Source: Kofleriaceae bacterium (GTDB lineage Bacteria; Myxococcota_A; Polyangia; Haliangiales; Haliangiaceae). Taken from it: 64,000 nt of DNA. The DNA is taken from positions 96,001 through 160,000 of the forward strand of contig CBDCCZ010000049.1 in the NCBI GenBank assembly GCA_965215005.1, written 5' to 3'. The notes beneath the pieces were generated by a model. That model searched no databases. It was not told the origin of the DNA and saw nothing but the letters and a program-made list of their open reading frames with translations. Below are positions 43,001 to 57,328 of the stretch, one piece after another (position 1 is the stretch's first letter; the number at the start of each line of letters is the position of its first letter). A program made the position numbers and the translations under genes.

Positions 43001-43862
43001 GTTTCTGCTCGCCGATTGGCAGCATTGCGCCGATTGTGCGGCGGCAGCGCAAGAGCACCTGGCGAGCCACTGCGCCGGCGCGCGCTATGAAATCGATCAG
43101 GTGTGCAACTGGCGGTTGGCGGCGCTGGTAATGCGCGGCCAGCTCGGCACGCTCGTCCGCGAGGTCCCCGTGCTGCTCGAGCAAGCCGTCGAGCGCGGCG
43201 ACGAATATCTGGCTAACGCGTTGCGCTCTTGGCGCACCAATCTCATCTGGCTCGCCCTCGATGACCCCGCGCGTGCACGCAGTGAAGCCAGTGGGGTAAT
43301 CGCAGCGGCACCGGCAACCCAGAGCTTTCACATTTATCACTACTACTGGCTGCACACACTTACGCAGATCGACCTCTACGAAGGCAAGACTGCGGCAGCG
43401 CTCGAGCGCATCCATCAGGCGTGGCCGCGGTTTACGCGCTCGGTCGGGATGCGGGTTCACACGGTGCGTGTCGAGGCTTGGTTTCTGCGCGCGCGCGCAG
43501 CGACCGCGTGTGCATCTGAGTGCACCGGAGTGGATCGCGAGGCGCTGCTGACGGAGATCGATGCCGCCGCCAAGGCGCTTATTGGCGAGAAGCAGCCCTG
43601 GGCGCTGGCACTCGCGGCGCTGGTGCGATCAGGAGCTGCGACCTTGCGCGGGCAGCGGGATGCGGCCATCGCAGAAGCAGAAGCGGCCGTCAGCGGACTC
43701 GATGCGGCAGCGATGGAGCTGCACGCAGCGGTTGCGCGCGCGCGGCTCGGCACGCTGCGCGCCGCGGCGCCGCTGGTACAAGAGGCGCAGAGCTGGATGC
43801 GCGGACAACGCATCGTCGCGCCCGAGCGGTTGGTGGCTCTGTATGCGCCGCACGCTCCGTGA
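40062..43862 (+). CDS. Ser/Thr protein kinase fused to AAA/STAND-like ATPase and helical repeats
   Basis: GRGGVG, ALK, HLDLKPSN, DFG and GTPAYMSPE. FVGRRAEL, Walker A GRSGIGKT and Walker B LFIDDLQW. Start (TTG 40062 after ggagg) is approximate. Confidence 0.88.
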   Translation: MSSSGHALKNTLSDQFGDRFEIIDVLGRGGVGVVYRAVDRVRRTEVALKTLHRLTGSSLYRFKREFRSLADIDHPNLVTLYELLSTGATWFFTMELVRGADFLQAVRPHVTHAGPATMTPSAGAGDGDGDVTVTGTGEVGSGDVPYTELTAEIAGATGDAAATSSYRDAIIAGRIDIGRLRRSLEQLATGVRALHASGKLHLDLKPSNVLVENNGRIVVCDFGLVRDRGEDTKSSRRGAGTPAYMSPEQAAGLPLGPASDWYSIGVMIYESLTGHLPFEGTAEQMMHTKQLTDPLPPRHWLPELDEAWNQLCVSLLRRDPLERGSVATALSESTTMRRRRAISDVPAGISFVGRRAELDALRAAFDAASAGRTLGALVRGRSGIGKTALVEHFLADLQRGGEALILRARCYQRETVPYKALDALVDAVVDELTRRPAEELDALLPTELGSLGRLFPVVERIAGAGRPAPRDHQELRARGFAALRDLFAALGRERPLVLFIDDLQWGDIDSAPLFAELLAAPSDAAILVLATFRDESFHDSALLQTLAQMAKRTAAGTVRTVRIGPLEPNDARLLAEGMLSTTDPALTESLIRDADGHPFLLAELARDWDGGIASGIDEVINRRVRALPADTQALLTTAAIAGRPVPVAVLARAAGVKDEAAALASLLTRRLIRTHAGHDGVELLEPFHDRIRETVTAQLDEEQTRRAHRRLARTLESVLTRDVHSLVEHWMGAGMPQRAGEYAVLAARQASDAAAFDRAAHQYRLALELLAPKGEQRRQLQTGLADMLACSGNLTEAAAMYEAAAIDAPPDATLELRRRAMEQIIRAGRLDEGIVMGRSLLAAVGMRMPASDRRALLSIIGSRLWLAVRGRRFKADSERLLAPSERWRMDVCWSVASSMNIVNPLIASALQQRFVRAALNSGDAVRAALAVSAEIGLSSTPGPAARASIEVLLQQAKELVERSGDVYARGIFGLSCAISAFLLADWQHCADCAAAAQEHLASHCAGARYEIDQVCNWRLAALVMRGQLGTLVREVPVLLEQAVERGDEYLANALRSWRTNLIWLALDDPARARSEASGVIAAAPATQSFHIYHYYWLHTLTQIDLYEGKTAAALERIHQAWPRFTRSVGMRVHTVRVEAWFLRARAATACASECTGVDREALLTEIDAAAKALIGEKQPWALALAALVRSGAATLRGQRDAAIAEAEAAVSGLDAAAMELHAAVARARLGTLRAAAPLVQEAQSWMRGQRIVAPERLVALYAPHAP

Positions 43863-43954
43863 GCGCTCACCCAGCACGCCGCTGTTGCGCTCGGCCCTGC
43901 GCGCCCCCCTCCCACGAAGACCGGAGTCGAGCAATCGAGGTAAAGTGAAGGCAG

Positions 43955-46264
43955 ATGCGGGCGAGGCGCAGCGGAGTGGTGCTTGCGGCGCTTGCGGTCA
44001 TCGCCGCGCTCGCCGGCTGCCGCGATGACCGCGCGATGGCCATCCCCGACTGGACTCTGATAGCGCCCGACGGCCGCTCGCACGCCATCACGCTACCGAC
44101 CCGCGTGGAGGGGCTCCTAGAAGAGCGCGGGCGCCGCTTCGAGCTACGCGCGACGGTCGCGGTGCCGTTGGGGCTGCGCGGGCGCGCGGTCACCCTGGCA
44201 ATCGCCAGGCTCCCGGCGCTGGCGACGCTGGAGGTCGACGGAGAGCGGATCGAGCCGTCGACGACAGAGCTTCTGCGCGGCTATCGGAGCCCCGGACATC
44301 AGCGCTGGCGAATCCCCAGCTCCCTCGCCGATGACGGCGAGCTTCGGCTACGCCTCGTCGTTGAAGACACCTGGTTCCAGAGCACCTGGCTCGCCGCGAC
44401 CCCGCGAATCAGTGCGCACCGCGACGGCGATCCGTGGTTTCGCTTCGTCACCGCGTTCAACATCGCTACCGCGGCCATGGCCCTGAGCATGGCCATTCTT
44501 CTCGCGGTCGTCTACTTCATCGTCTATGTGGGCGACCGCTCGCGAACGGCTTATGGCTGGCTTGCAGCGCAGGCTCTCTTGGCCGCCAGCTATCCCCTGT
44601 TCGTGCTCGGCGCCAGCCAGGTACTGCTCGGCATCTATGATCTGCGGATCTTTTGGTTCGTCGGGGCCGCGGCACTGGTCAGTATTGGGTACACGCATTC
44701 GCACCTCGGCCTGTCGCGGCCGCACTGGATCTGGCTCGTCCTCGGATTCCTCAACGTGTGCGGAGTGTTCTTCAACAGTCCGTTCAATACCCGCTGGAAT
44801 GCCATGGTGGTCGTGGTGAGCATCGGAGCCACCGCGATTTACCAGATCGCGCTGCTGACGACGCTGCTTCTCCGCGGCACGCGACACGGCGACGTCGTAA
44901 CGCTCCTGGTATCGTGGATCATCTTGGGCACATGCGGTAGCGCGGACCTGTTTTACTGGAGCGGGTTCGGCAACTGGCTCGAGGGCTTGAATGGAGCGCC
45001 GCTGGGCATCAGCGTGTTCGTTGTGCTGCAGGCGGTGGTGCTAAGTCGCGCGCATGGCCAAACAATGACCCGCTCCGACTCGCTTAATCGCGAGCTACTC
45101 GACCGCGTTGCGCTGCTCGAGCAGCGTGACAACGAAAATCAACGATTGACCGAGGAGCTGAGGCGCCAGGTGAGCGCGCGCTCGCGCCAGCTCTCGCACG
45201 CGCTCGCCCGGCTCAGTCGTCCGGTTGCCATCGACATTGAGCTGTCGCCGGGTACCGAGGTCGGCGCACGTTATCGAGTGCTCCGTCAGCTCGGGACCGG
45301 CGCGATGGCCATCGTCTACGAGGTCGAACGCATCGACGACCAGCGCCGGTTTGCGCTGAAGGCCCTGCGCAGTGTGACCGATGCTCGGCTCTTAGCGCGG
45401 TTTGCGCGCGAAGCTCACATTGCCGCCGACGTCAGCCACGAAAACGTCGTGACGATTCACGACATCGACTTCGCCGAGGCCGGATTCATGTACATCGTCA
45501 TGGATCTCGTCGATGGCGGCTCGCTAAAGGACCACGAGGCGCGCTACGGCGATCTGCCGTGGGCCATCGAGGTGCTGCGACAGATCATCCAGGGGCTCGA
45601 GGCAATTCACGCCAGCGGCGTCGTGCACCGGGACCTCAAGCCCGCCAACATCTTGCTCGCGGCCGGTGACGAGGTGTGCGTCCGGATCAGCGACTTCGGC
45701 GTGTCGGGCATGCTGGGCGAAACAAATGATGCCCCCATCGTGGCCGTGCTGGCGGCCAACGGCTCGATCGACGCGACAGGCACCTGCGAGCTTGCGCCCG
45801 GACCGCCAATGCACCACCTCATGTTGGCAGGCCAGGACCAGACGCGCTCGACCGTGGCGAACCTCGCCCCGCAGGACACCGAACGCGACCCGCCCTCGGC
45901 GCTGCCACTGGGCAGCTCGGTTGCGCGGGAAGCGTTCGATACACCGCAGCTCACGGTCGCGGGCAACGTCGTCGGCACGCCGTCGTACATGGCGCCGGAG
46001 CTGGTGAACGGCAGCGGAGACGGCGTCACGCGCGATGTCTTTGCCCTGGGAATCATCGCGTTCGAGCTGATCGCCCGCGCCCGCCCCTATGCCGGGGCGC
46101 CGTTCGTGCTGCGCGCGCGCGGCCAGCCGATTCCGCCGCCGACGCCGCTTGCCGTGGCGCGCCCCGATGTGCCAGCGGAGCTGGCGGCACTCATCGATGC
46201 CGCCGTGGGACTCGATCCGCAAGCGAGACCATCCCTCGAGGTCTTGCGGGCTACGCTGGCTTAG
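43955..46264 (+). CDS. Membrane Ser/Thr kinase with extracellular domain and about 7 TM helices (7TM-DISM-like)
   Basis: Signal/lipobox LAGC, a beta-rich domain, a run of TM helices, a coiled coil, then a kinase (GTGAMA, HRDLKPAN, DFG, GTPSYMAPE). Confidence 0.85.
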   Translation: MRARRSGVVLAALAVIAALAGCRDDRAMAIPDWTLIAPDGRSHAITLPTRVEGLLEERGRRFELRATVAVPLGLRGRAVTLAIARLPALATLEVDGERIEPSTTELLRGYRSPGHQRWRIPSSLADDGELRLRLVVEDTWFQSTWLAATPRISAHRDGDPWFRFVTAFNIATAAMALSMAILLAVVYFIVYVGDRSRTAYGWLAAQALLAASYPLFVLGASQVLLGIYDLRIFWFVGAAALVSIGYTHSHLGLSRPHWIWLVLGFLNVCGVFFNSPFNTRWNAMVVVVSIGATAIYQIALLTTLLLRGTRHGDVVTLLVSWIILGTCGSADLFYWSGFGNWLEGLNGAPLGISVFVVLQAVVLSRAHGQTMTRSDSLNRELLDRVALLEQRDNENQRLTEELRRQVSARSRQLSHALARLSRPVAIDIELSPGTEVGARYRVLRQLGTGAMAIVYEVERIDDQRRFALKALRSVTDARLLARFAREAHIAADVSHENVVTIHDIDFAEAGFMYIVMDLVDGGSLKDHEARYGDLPWAIEVLRQIIQGLEAIHASGVVHRDLKPANILLAAGDEVCVRISDFGVSGMLGETNDAPIVAVLAANGSIDATGTCELAPGPPMHHLMLAGQDQTRSTVANLAPQDTERDPPSALPLGSSVAREAFDTPQLTVAGNVVGTPSYMAPELVNGSGDGVTRDVFALGIIAFELIARARPYAGAPFVLRARGQPIPPPTPLAVARPDVPAELAALIDAAVGLDPQARPSLEVLRATLA

Positions 46265-46332
46265 GGGTTGTTCACGATGGACCTCGCGGTAGCCGCACCA
46301 TTCTCCGACGGCGCGGTACCTGAAGCCTGTTG

Positions 46333-47478
<1,146 letters not shown>

Positions 47479-47488
47479 AGCGGGCGGC

Positions 47489-48428
47489 ATGGTAGCATCG
47501 CCGGAGGTGAAGCGAGAGCTGTTCGGCCCGTACCGAATTCGCCAGCGTCTCGGCGGCGGCGGCATGGGCGAGATTCTCCTGGTCGTTCACGGCGAACGTC
47601 GTGAACCGCTTGGGGAGACGCCGAGGGAGGCCCGTGAGCAGCAGAAAGACTCTCTCGTGGTGGTAAAGCGCCTTCATTCGGCGCTGGCGGCCTATCCCGA
47701 GGCGGTCGAGCTGTTCGCAGCCGAAGCCGCGGTGGGAAGGCAGCTGGCGCCGCATCCGCACGTGGTCGCGGGTTACGCCAGCGGCGAGCTCGAGGGTTGG
47801 CACTACCTCGAGATGGAGTATGTCCCCGGCAAGGATCTGGCAGCGATCGCCGCGACCGAGCAGCGACTAGCGCCGCCGCAAGTGCTGAGCATCGCCGTCG
47901 ATATGAGCGCGGCACTAACGCACCTTCACGCGCCGGGCCAAGGCTTGGTGCATGGCGACGTGGCACCGGCCAACATGCTGGTGCGCGACGACGGTTGTGG
48001 TGAAGCTTGGCGACTTCGGCCTCGCGGCGCGAGCTGGCGCGCCGCAAGCGGTGGTTCGTGGCACCCATGCGTACATGTCGCCCGAGCAGGTCCGCGGCGA
48101 AGCGATGGATCAGCGCTCTGACCTGTTCTCGCTGGCGGTCGTGCTGTGGGAGCTGCTCGCGGGGCAGCGGCTATTCTTCCGCGGTCCGAGCTACCTCAGC
48201 CAAGCCGCGGTGGTCGAGGCGCCGGTGCCTGCGGGAGCGATGGAGTCGGAGCTCGAAGCGGTGCTGCATCGCGCGCTCAGCAAGTCCCGGCAGGAGCGCT
48301 ACAGCAGCGTCGCTGGGTTTTGCGAGGCATTCATCACCGCCGCGGCAACCCACGGCTGGCGCGCCGACCGCGCCGCCGTCGCCGCGCTAGTGAAGCGCTA
48401 TCCGCGCGCCCCAAGCACCGCCGACTGA
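47489..48428 (+). CDS. Ser/Thr protein kinase (frameshift at about 47995)
   Basis: GGGGMG, VVKR and HGDVAPAN in one frame; KLGDFG, GTHAYMSPE and DQRSDLFS in the next. Extra T at 47995-47996. The start may be GTG 47507. Confidence 0.82.
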
Positions 48429-48447
48429 CGGCGCTGCACCCCGTTTG

Positions 48448-48934
48448 TCAGTCGAGATACGACAGCTCTTCGTCGAGCTTCTCTTCGAGGTCGGCGTCGA
48501 GGTCGGCGTCAGCGTCGGAGTCGGGTTGGCGCGCCCGCGCTGTTCGCTTTCCCCGCACCACGCGATACGCCGCAAAACGCCAAGCCGCCGGTCACCAAGA
48601 GAATCGCCAGGATCGGCAGCGCGGTATTCCAGCCGCCGCCCGGTTTTCCGGAGATGTCGGTGTCTGGGACCCGTTCTTGGAGGTTGCTGTAGATCTGCTC
48701 GTCGGTCATGCCGCGCGCCACCATCTCGCGAATCTCGTCAATCCACTCGTGGGCTTGGAAGCTGGTGCACGAAGCGAGCGTGCGACCGGGGCAGAACGGG
48801 CTCATGATCCGCCGTGACAGCGCCAACGTGTGCTCTTCGACTTGCCCGGTGTCCGTGGCTGGCGATTGCGCAAGCGCCGCAGCCGGCGCCGCAAGCATGA
48901 GCATAGCGAAACATAGCCAAATCCATTGTTTCAT
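48448..48934 (-). CDS. ccmH: CcmH-like cytochrome c biogenesis protein (frameshift at about 48575)
   Basis: Signal peptide, IMSPFCPGRTLASC, IREMVARGMTDEQI and a TM. Removing one base at 48574-48577 gives the C-terminus LEEKLDEELSYLD* ending at 48448. Confidence 0.7.
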
Positions 48935-48988
48935 GCGGAGCTCCGAGGCAAAGGCAATCTTGCAATGGTAGCAGGCTCTGCGGCCGCG

Positions 48989-49180
48989 TCAGTCGTTGCG
49001 CGCTTCATTCTGCTGGCGACGCTGCTTGCGTGCCTCGCGCGCCAGACGACGCTCCTCGTCGCGCTTTCGCTCGAGCTCCATTGCACCTCGAGCGGCGCGG
49101 GTGCCAAGCACGAAGCCGAGGAAGATCCCCAGCAGCAGCACCATCGGGATGTAGATGATATGAGCGCTGGTGGGCAGCAC
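48989..49180 (-). CDS. Small membrane protein in the ccm cluster
   Basis: Single TM (HIIYIPMVLLLGIFLGFVLG) plus a charged helix. Tightly packed in the operon. Confidence 0.65.
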   Translation of the reverse strand: MLPTSAHIIYIPMVLLLGIFLGFVLGTRAARGAMELERKRDEERRLAREARKQRRQQNEARND

Positions 49181-49183
49181 GCC

Positions 49184-49552
49184 TCACTCCTGAGCTGCGA
49201 GCCGCAGCTCGGCCTCGAGCTCCTCGACCTCGCGGCGCAGCGCGCGCTGGCGCATGAACATGTAGGCTAAAAAGCCCACCACGAGCACCCACAGCGCCAT
49301 GTACGCCATGGTCACGTGGCGCTTGTTGGTGAGCATTTGCGAGGCGTCTTCCTCGTGAACCTTGGCGCGCAACTGGCGCTCGAGGAGCGCGCGCCACTCG
49401 GCGTCCTTGCGCAGCTCTTGCTCGCATTGTCCCCGCATCGGGCTCACATACGAGGCTTCGGCGCTAGGCATCTCTGCCGCCGGTTGCGCCGCGGCAACCC
49501 CGAGCGGGGCCAGCAAACAGATCGCGATGACGAGGGGCACGATGTTGCGCAT
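49184..49552 (-). CDS. CcmD-like protein with N-terminal extension
   Basis: Follows ccmC. C-terminal AYMALWVLVVGFLAYM..RQRAL..E..L resembles CcmD. Confidence 0.6.
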   Translation of the reverse strand: MRNIVPLVIAICLLAPLGVAAAQPAAEMPSAEASYVSPMRGQCEQELRKDAEWRALLERQLRAKVHEEDASQMLTNKRHVTMAYMALWVLVVGFLAYMFMRQRALRREVEELEAELRLAAQE

Positions 49553-49562
49553 CGGAGCTCTC

Positions 49563-50237
<675 letters not shown>

Positions 50238-50241
<4 letters not shown>

Positions 50242-50921
50242 TCGATCACCCAAGGATTCGAAAGTCCATAAGGACGTTACGAGAAAAGCGCCATCGTAGA
50301 CGCCGAGGAACTTGATCCAGAACCAGGCCTGCTCGAGATCGGCAGCCCGGCCGAGCAGCGCGCCGGTGCCTTTGGTGCCCGCGATGAAGAGCGGCACCAA
50401 AATCGGGTAGAGCACCACCGGCAACAGCACGTCGCGCGAGCGCACTCGTAGCAACATGGCCGCGAACACGGTGCCAACGATGGCAAAGCCGAGCGTGCCG
50501 AGCACCAGCAACACCAAAAATGGCAGCGGGTGCGCTAGCAGCGGCGCATCGAATAGGAGCGCCACCATCGGCACCACCACCACCTCCACCACCGACATCA
50601 CGACCAGGATGCCCGCCGCCTTGCCGGCAAACAGCGCCGTGCGCGAGATAGGCGCCAACAGCAGCGCGCGCATGGTGTCTGACTCTCGCTCGCGGTCGAA
50701 TGCGCGGGACAAGCCCAGGGTGCCGGCGAAGGCGATGGCAACCCACAGAATCCCGGGAATCGCGCTAGCGATGATGCTGCCCTCGCTGCCAAAGGCAAAC
50801 GAGAACACCACCACCACCATCGCGGCGAAGAACGTCATGGTGTAAGAGGATCTCGCGACTGCGAAACTCGACGCGCAGATCCTTGGCGGCGGATGGCTGC
50901 CGCCTCACGCAAGGCATTCAT
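50238..50921 (-). CDS. ccmB: Haem exporter permease CcmB (apparent insertions at about 50891, 50844 and 50250)
   Basis: Reconstructed [28 protein letters not shown], then GILWVA, FDRERE and [12 protein letters not shown]. The corrected stop overlaps the ccmC ATG. Confidence 0.85.
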
Positions 50922-51020
50922 GCCGGCTATGTCGCTCCCATGGCCATACGCGACCCTGGTTGTACGTCGGTCACGAGCATTGGAGCAAGGCGGGGCGATG
51001 GCCATGGCGCAGCTCGAGGG

Positions 51021-51743
51021 TCAGTCTGCCCACGAATGGTAGATGTGCTTGAGCTCCTCGTAGGAGAAGCCGACGTCGTTGCGCGCTTCGTGAACTAGCT
51101 TGCCGCGGGCAAGCACGGCGACATGGTCGGTGACCTCGCCGATGGATTCGAGGTCATGGGTGATACAGAGAACGATGCGCTTGCCGCTGCGCGCGCTGCG
51201 CAGGGTCTCTGCGAGCATCTTTGCGCCCGAGCGATCGAGGCCGGTAAACGGCTCATCGAGCAGCAGCACCCGCGGATCGTGCAGCAAGGCGCGAGCTAGC
51301 GCCAGGCGCTGGAGCATTCCGCGCGAGTAGGTGCGGGCCTGACGGGCGCGGGCGCGGGTGTCGAGGCCGACGGCATCGAGCAGAGAAGCGGCCCGCGAGC
51401 CAGGGTCGGCGATTCCGTAGAGGCGCGCGTAGAAGGCCAGATTTTCGTCGCCGCTGAGCTCACCATAGATGAACGCGCTGTGGGCGAGAACGCCGATCTG
51501 ATGGCGCAGCTCGACCGCGCTCACGGTGGTCTCGCCGGGCGCGGCGCGCGCAAAGCGCACCCGCCCTTTGGTGGGTTGCACGAGCGTCGACAAGACGCCC
51601 AGAAGGGTGGACTTGCCGGCACCGTTGGGCCCGAGCAGCGCGCACAAGCTGCCCGCGCGAAGCGTGAGGTCCACGCTAGCCAAGGCGCGGTGGTGACCGT
51701 AGCGCTTAGTCACCTGCTCGACGTGCACGGACTCGATGGCCAT
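51021..51743 (-). CDS. ccmA: Haem ABC exporter ATP-binding protein CcmA
   Basis: [17 protein letters not shown] and [10 protein letters not shown]. Adjacent to ccmB and ccmC. Confidence 0.88.
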   Translation of the reverse strand: MAIESVHVEQVTKRYGHHRALASVDLTLRAGSLCALLGPNGAGKSTLLGVLSTLVQPTKGRVRFARAAPGETTVSAVELRHQIGVLAHSAFIYGELSGDENLAFYARLYGIADPGSRAASLLDAVGLDTRARARQARTYSRGMLQRLALARALLHDPRVLLLDEPFTGLDRSGAKMLAETLRSARSGKRIVLCITHDLESIGEVTDHVAVLARGKLVHEARNDVGFSYEELKHIYHSWAD

Positions 51744-51747
51744 ACTC

Positions 51748-53721
51748 TCACGACCGTGAGCGCGGGGCTTTCGTCGTCTGCAGAGCTGCGCTTGGCCGCC
51801 TGCGACGCTTTTGCCCTTCTTGGTGCCGGAGCCGCGAGGGCCTTCGGAGGCGCGGTAGGCGGCCTCGATGCGGCTCAAACAGCTCGCGCCGCCGACTCTC
51901 GAGCTCGCCTTCGTCGATGAGGCCGGCATCGAAGTCGCGTTGCAACGCCACCACCGCATCGAGCAGCCGATCGCGCTCGAGCTGCGCGCGTGCAAACCGG
52001 ATCCTGCGACGTCTGCGGCCCGAGTCGCCGCGAAAAGATGGTCACCAGCACCCAACCAAGTAAGCCCAGCACCACCACGCCCGCGGCGATTCCGGCGTTT
52101 CGCTTCCACGCCGCGTGCTCAGGCAGTCCAGTGAGCGTCATGGCCATGCTCTTGCCCGGCGAGATCGTGATGTTCTCGTACACATAGAAGCGCTTCTCGC
52201 CTTCTTCTACGGTCCGCGCGTTTGCCCCCGCCGGCGCTTGCACCTGCATCCCCGGAGTAGCGAGGAGAATCAACCGCGAGCCAAAGGCGCCATACGGCAG
52301 CGGCATCTGGAAATCGATGGCGCCGTCGTCGACCTCGAGGGAAAAGCCGCCGAGAAACTCGAAGTTTCCGGGGGGAACGGGGCGCTTGAGGATGAAGCCA
52401 GCGTCGGGATGAGCGGCTACCCGCTGCTCGTCTTCTGGGAGCACGGCGCCGAGAAAGCCCGTTGGCAGCGGAATCTGCACCCCTTCCACGCCGCCGGCGC
52501 GCGGCCGGTACGACCAGTTTCTGGACGGTGAAGCGTCCGGTAAAGCCCATGTACTTGTCGTCGAGAATCCCTTGCATCTCGAAGCTGAAGACCAGCTGCG
52601 GCAGCACCCACATTCCCGCTGCGGCGCCGCGGTCCGCGGTGAGCTGAAACGGCGACGAGATGTAGCTCTGCCCGGCGTGCTCGGTGGTGGCGTAGTAAAC
52701 GATGCCCGGATCCGCGGCGATGCCGCTAAACCGCGCTTGCACTGGGGCCAACGGATCCGCCCGGCCGGTAGGCGCAGCTGTTACCGGCGCGCGTGCCACC
52801 TCGGCGCCGCTGCTGTCGTGCAACGTCACGCTGCGCAAGCCCTCGACGCGTCCGCGCATGCGCACGATGATTTCACCGGCGGCGACGCCTTCGCCTTGGT
52901 CCTCCCCCTTTTGGAGATCATCGACCGGCGGAGCCGCCCCGCGCGCCTCGGCTGCGAGCAGCAGCCGCGCGCCGACCTGCGGGTACGGAACGTAAGGCAC
53001 GCTCATGAGCCTATCCACTGCGCCTTCCCGCGCGACTGCCGCGAGGGCATAGTAGGCAACGTCGCCGTCGAGAGAGAGGCCTTTGAAGACCACGCGGCCC
53101 GCCGCATCGGTGACCTTGGTGGCGGTGGTGACGCCGCCGTCGGCGGCATATCCGACCAAGTGCACTGGCTGGCCGGCCGCATTGTCGCTCAGCGTTCCAA
53201 ACACTACGCGGACCGTGAGCTGCCCCCGGTGCGTCCCCCTGCTGCGGCCGCGCAATGCCACTCATCTGCCGTGGGTCTGGCATCCCCTGCGGCTGCCCCT
53301 GCGGCTGCCCCTGCGGCTGCGCGGGAGCTGCCGTCGGCTCCGCCGCGGCCGGAGCTGCTGCTGTCGATAACAACAGGCGCACGCCACCCTCGTCGGGAAT
53401 CGTGAACGGCTCCGAATCGACGTTCCCAGCGTTGCCTTCGACGCGCGCCACGAACATGACCCCAGGCGCCAGCTTGGTAAACGTCGCGCGGCCTTTGCCG
53501 TCGGTACGCGCGGTGAGCGTGTGGTCGTCGGCGCCCACCAGCTCGACCGCCTTCCCCGACGACGGCTCGTCGGGGCTGGCCGCATAGACTCGCACCGTGA
53601 CCGTGCCGACCTCGAGCTGCGGATCCGCCAGCGGCTTGCCGAGCGCCGCGGCAACTTGCGCGGAGGCAGCGGTGGGAACGCTAGCAAGCAGCGCAAAGGA
53701 CACTAGGAGGGTTGCTCGCAT
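51748..53721 (-). CDS. Large exported/membrane protein with prealbumin (carboxypeptidase-regulatory)-like repeats; several frameshifts
   Basis: Signal peptide, two 'T D..G...F..L' beta-sandwich repeats, a TM, and tail [17 protein letters not shown]. Joined across insertions at about 53225, 52519, 51995 and 51878. The 3' end is uncertain. Confidence 0.6.
53284..53319. repeat. 12-bp tandem repeat x3 encoding a QPQG linker
   Basis: cccctgcggctg three times, in frame. Confidence 0.8.
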
Positions 53722-54394
53722 CAGGCGCTCTTCTCCGCGGACTCGCTGGTGGGTCCTGCGGGCTGTTCGTGATTGGCCGACGCCGGGTCGTCAGCAGGCG
53801 CCTCCGTTTGATGAGTGGCCTCGGGCCGCGATGCATCCTCTGCGACCACGGCGTGGCCTTCGGCCGCGGGTGCTGCCTCCTCGGCGCGGGTCGAATCGCC
53901 GCGGGCTCTGACTCCAGCAACGGCCATGCGAGCCTTCAGCTCGCGCTCTATCTTCGCATCGAGGCTCAGAGTCGCCTCGGACCGCTCGCGTGCTTCGAGC
54001 GCTTTGATGACCTCGACCGCCCGCGCCCGATACGTGCGCGTGAGCTGCGCGGCGTCGGCATCAGACATCTTTCCCATCTGATGATCGAAATCGATCTCTT
54101 TGATGGCCTTGAGCAGCGACCGCTTCTCGCGCTCGAGCTCATCGCGAGTGCCCACGGGGGGCACTGCAACCTCGCCGGCGTCCGCATCGGTCGCGGCGGA
54201 GGCAGCAGCCCACAGAAACCACGCGGTCGCCAAGATGGCAGTCCAACCGAGCCACAAGAACACCACGGGAGCATCTACCTCCCAGCCATTGACGGAGAGA
54301 ATCGCAATCCACCCGCCTGCCAACACGAGCACGGCGCTGATTGCGATCCAACGCCGCAAGGAGGCTCTAGCCGAGGTCGCAGAAGCCGTCATCA

Positions 54395-54395
<1 letters not shown>
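53721..54395 (-). CDS. Hypothetical membrane protein, CcmI N-terminal-like
   Basis: Two TMs, then LEREKRSLLKAIKEIDFDHQMGKMSDAD. Overlaps the ccmF stop. Confidence 0.65.
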
Positions 54396-56633
<2,238 letters not shown>

Positions 56634-56656
56634 GCGGATGCTCCTTGCGACGGCGG

Positions 56657-57112
56657 CTAAAAAACGGGCTGACCGGCAGCCGGAGCTTCGGTGCCAAAGT
56701 TCTTGTTCTGGGCGGCACCCTCATACTTCGAGGGACACTTGGCCATCAGCTTATCGGAGTAGAGAACGAACTCTCCGTTCTCCTCGGCGAGCCGGCCTTC
56801 GGCGACGACCTCCGAGAGGTCCTTGAAGGTATCCGGCTTGGGACCTTCGTCTGAAACCTTGATGCGCTTGCCTTTGTACTGGAGATAGAACGTTCTCAGA
56901 GTCTTCTGATCGACGATCTTCTCTTTGATGGAGCCCGCCTCGACGTATCCGTGGACGCGGAGATCCTTGTCGACCCACGTGCCCGGCTCAACCATGAGCT
57001 CGTCGACCATCTTGTAATACTGGGCGCTACCCACGGACGAGTAGATCATCATGCTCAGGCCGCCAACGACGACGGCCACGGACAAGAGCACCTTGATCAG
57101 GCGGCTATTCAT
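56657..57112 (-). CDS. ccmE: Haem chaperone CcmE, CxxxY variant
   Basis: N-terminal TM, G.VEAGSI, PDTF..VVAEG and LMAKCPSKY. Confidence 0.92.
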   Translation of the reverse strand: MNSRLIKVLLSVAVVVGGLSMMIYSSVGSAQYYKMVDELMVEPGTWVDKDLRVHGYVEAGSIKEKIVDQKTLRTFYLQYKGKRIKVSDEGPKPDTFKDLSEVVAEGRLAEENGEFVLYSDKLMAKCPSKYEGAAQNKNFGTEAPAAGQPVF

Positions 57113-57328
57113 GCGCGACTCCTCTACGAAAATGCCAGCAGGTACGAGGGTCTACTCAGCACTCTGGCACGGCTAACGGTAGCACAGGACGGGCCAACGA
57201 CTTTGCAGGACATCGCTGTGGCCTATTGCCGCAGCGGGAGCTCCAGAGAGCGGAGAATCAGTAGCGTAACCGCCGTCGGTAGCGGCTCATTCCGCAAAAT
57301 TCATTGAGCAGCCGCATGGCTACTCTCG

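Noticed and set aside
48509..48511. TGA as a selenocysteine codon in the ccmH-like gene
   Set aside because: The stop is explained by the upstream +1 insertion, and the sensible C-terminus is in another frame. I found no convincing in-frame Sec codon in the window.
51743..52109. N-terminally extended CcmA or a fusion with the upstream gene
   Set aside because: The region contains indels. ABC homology begins at ATG 51743.
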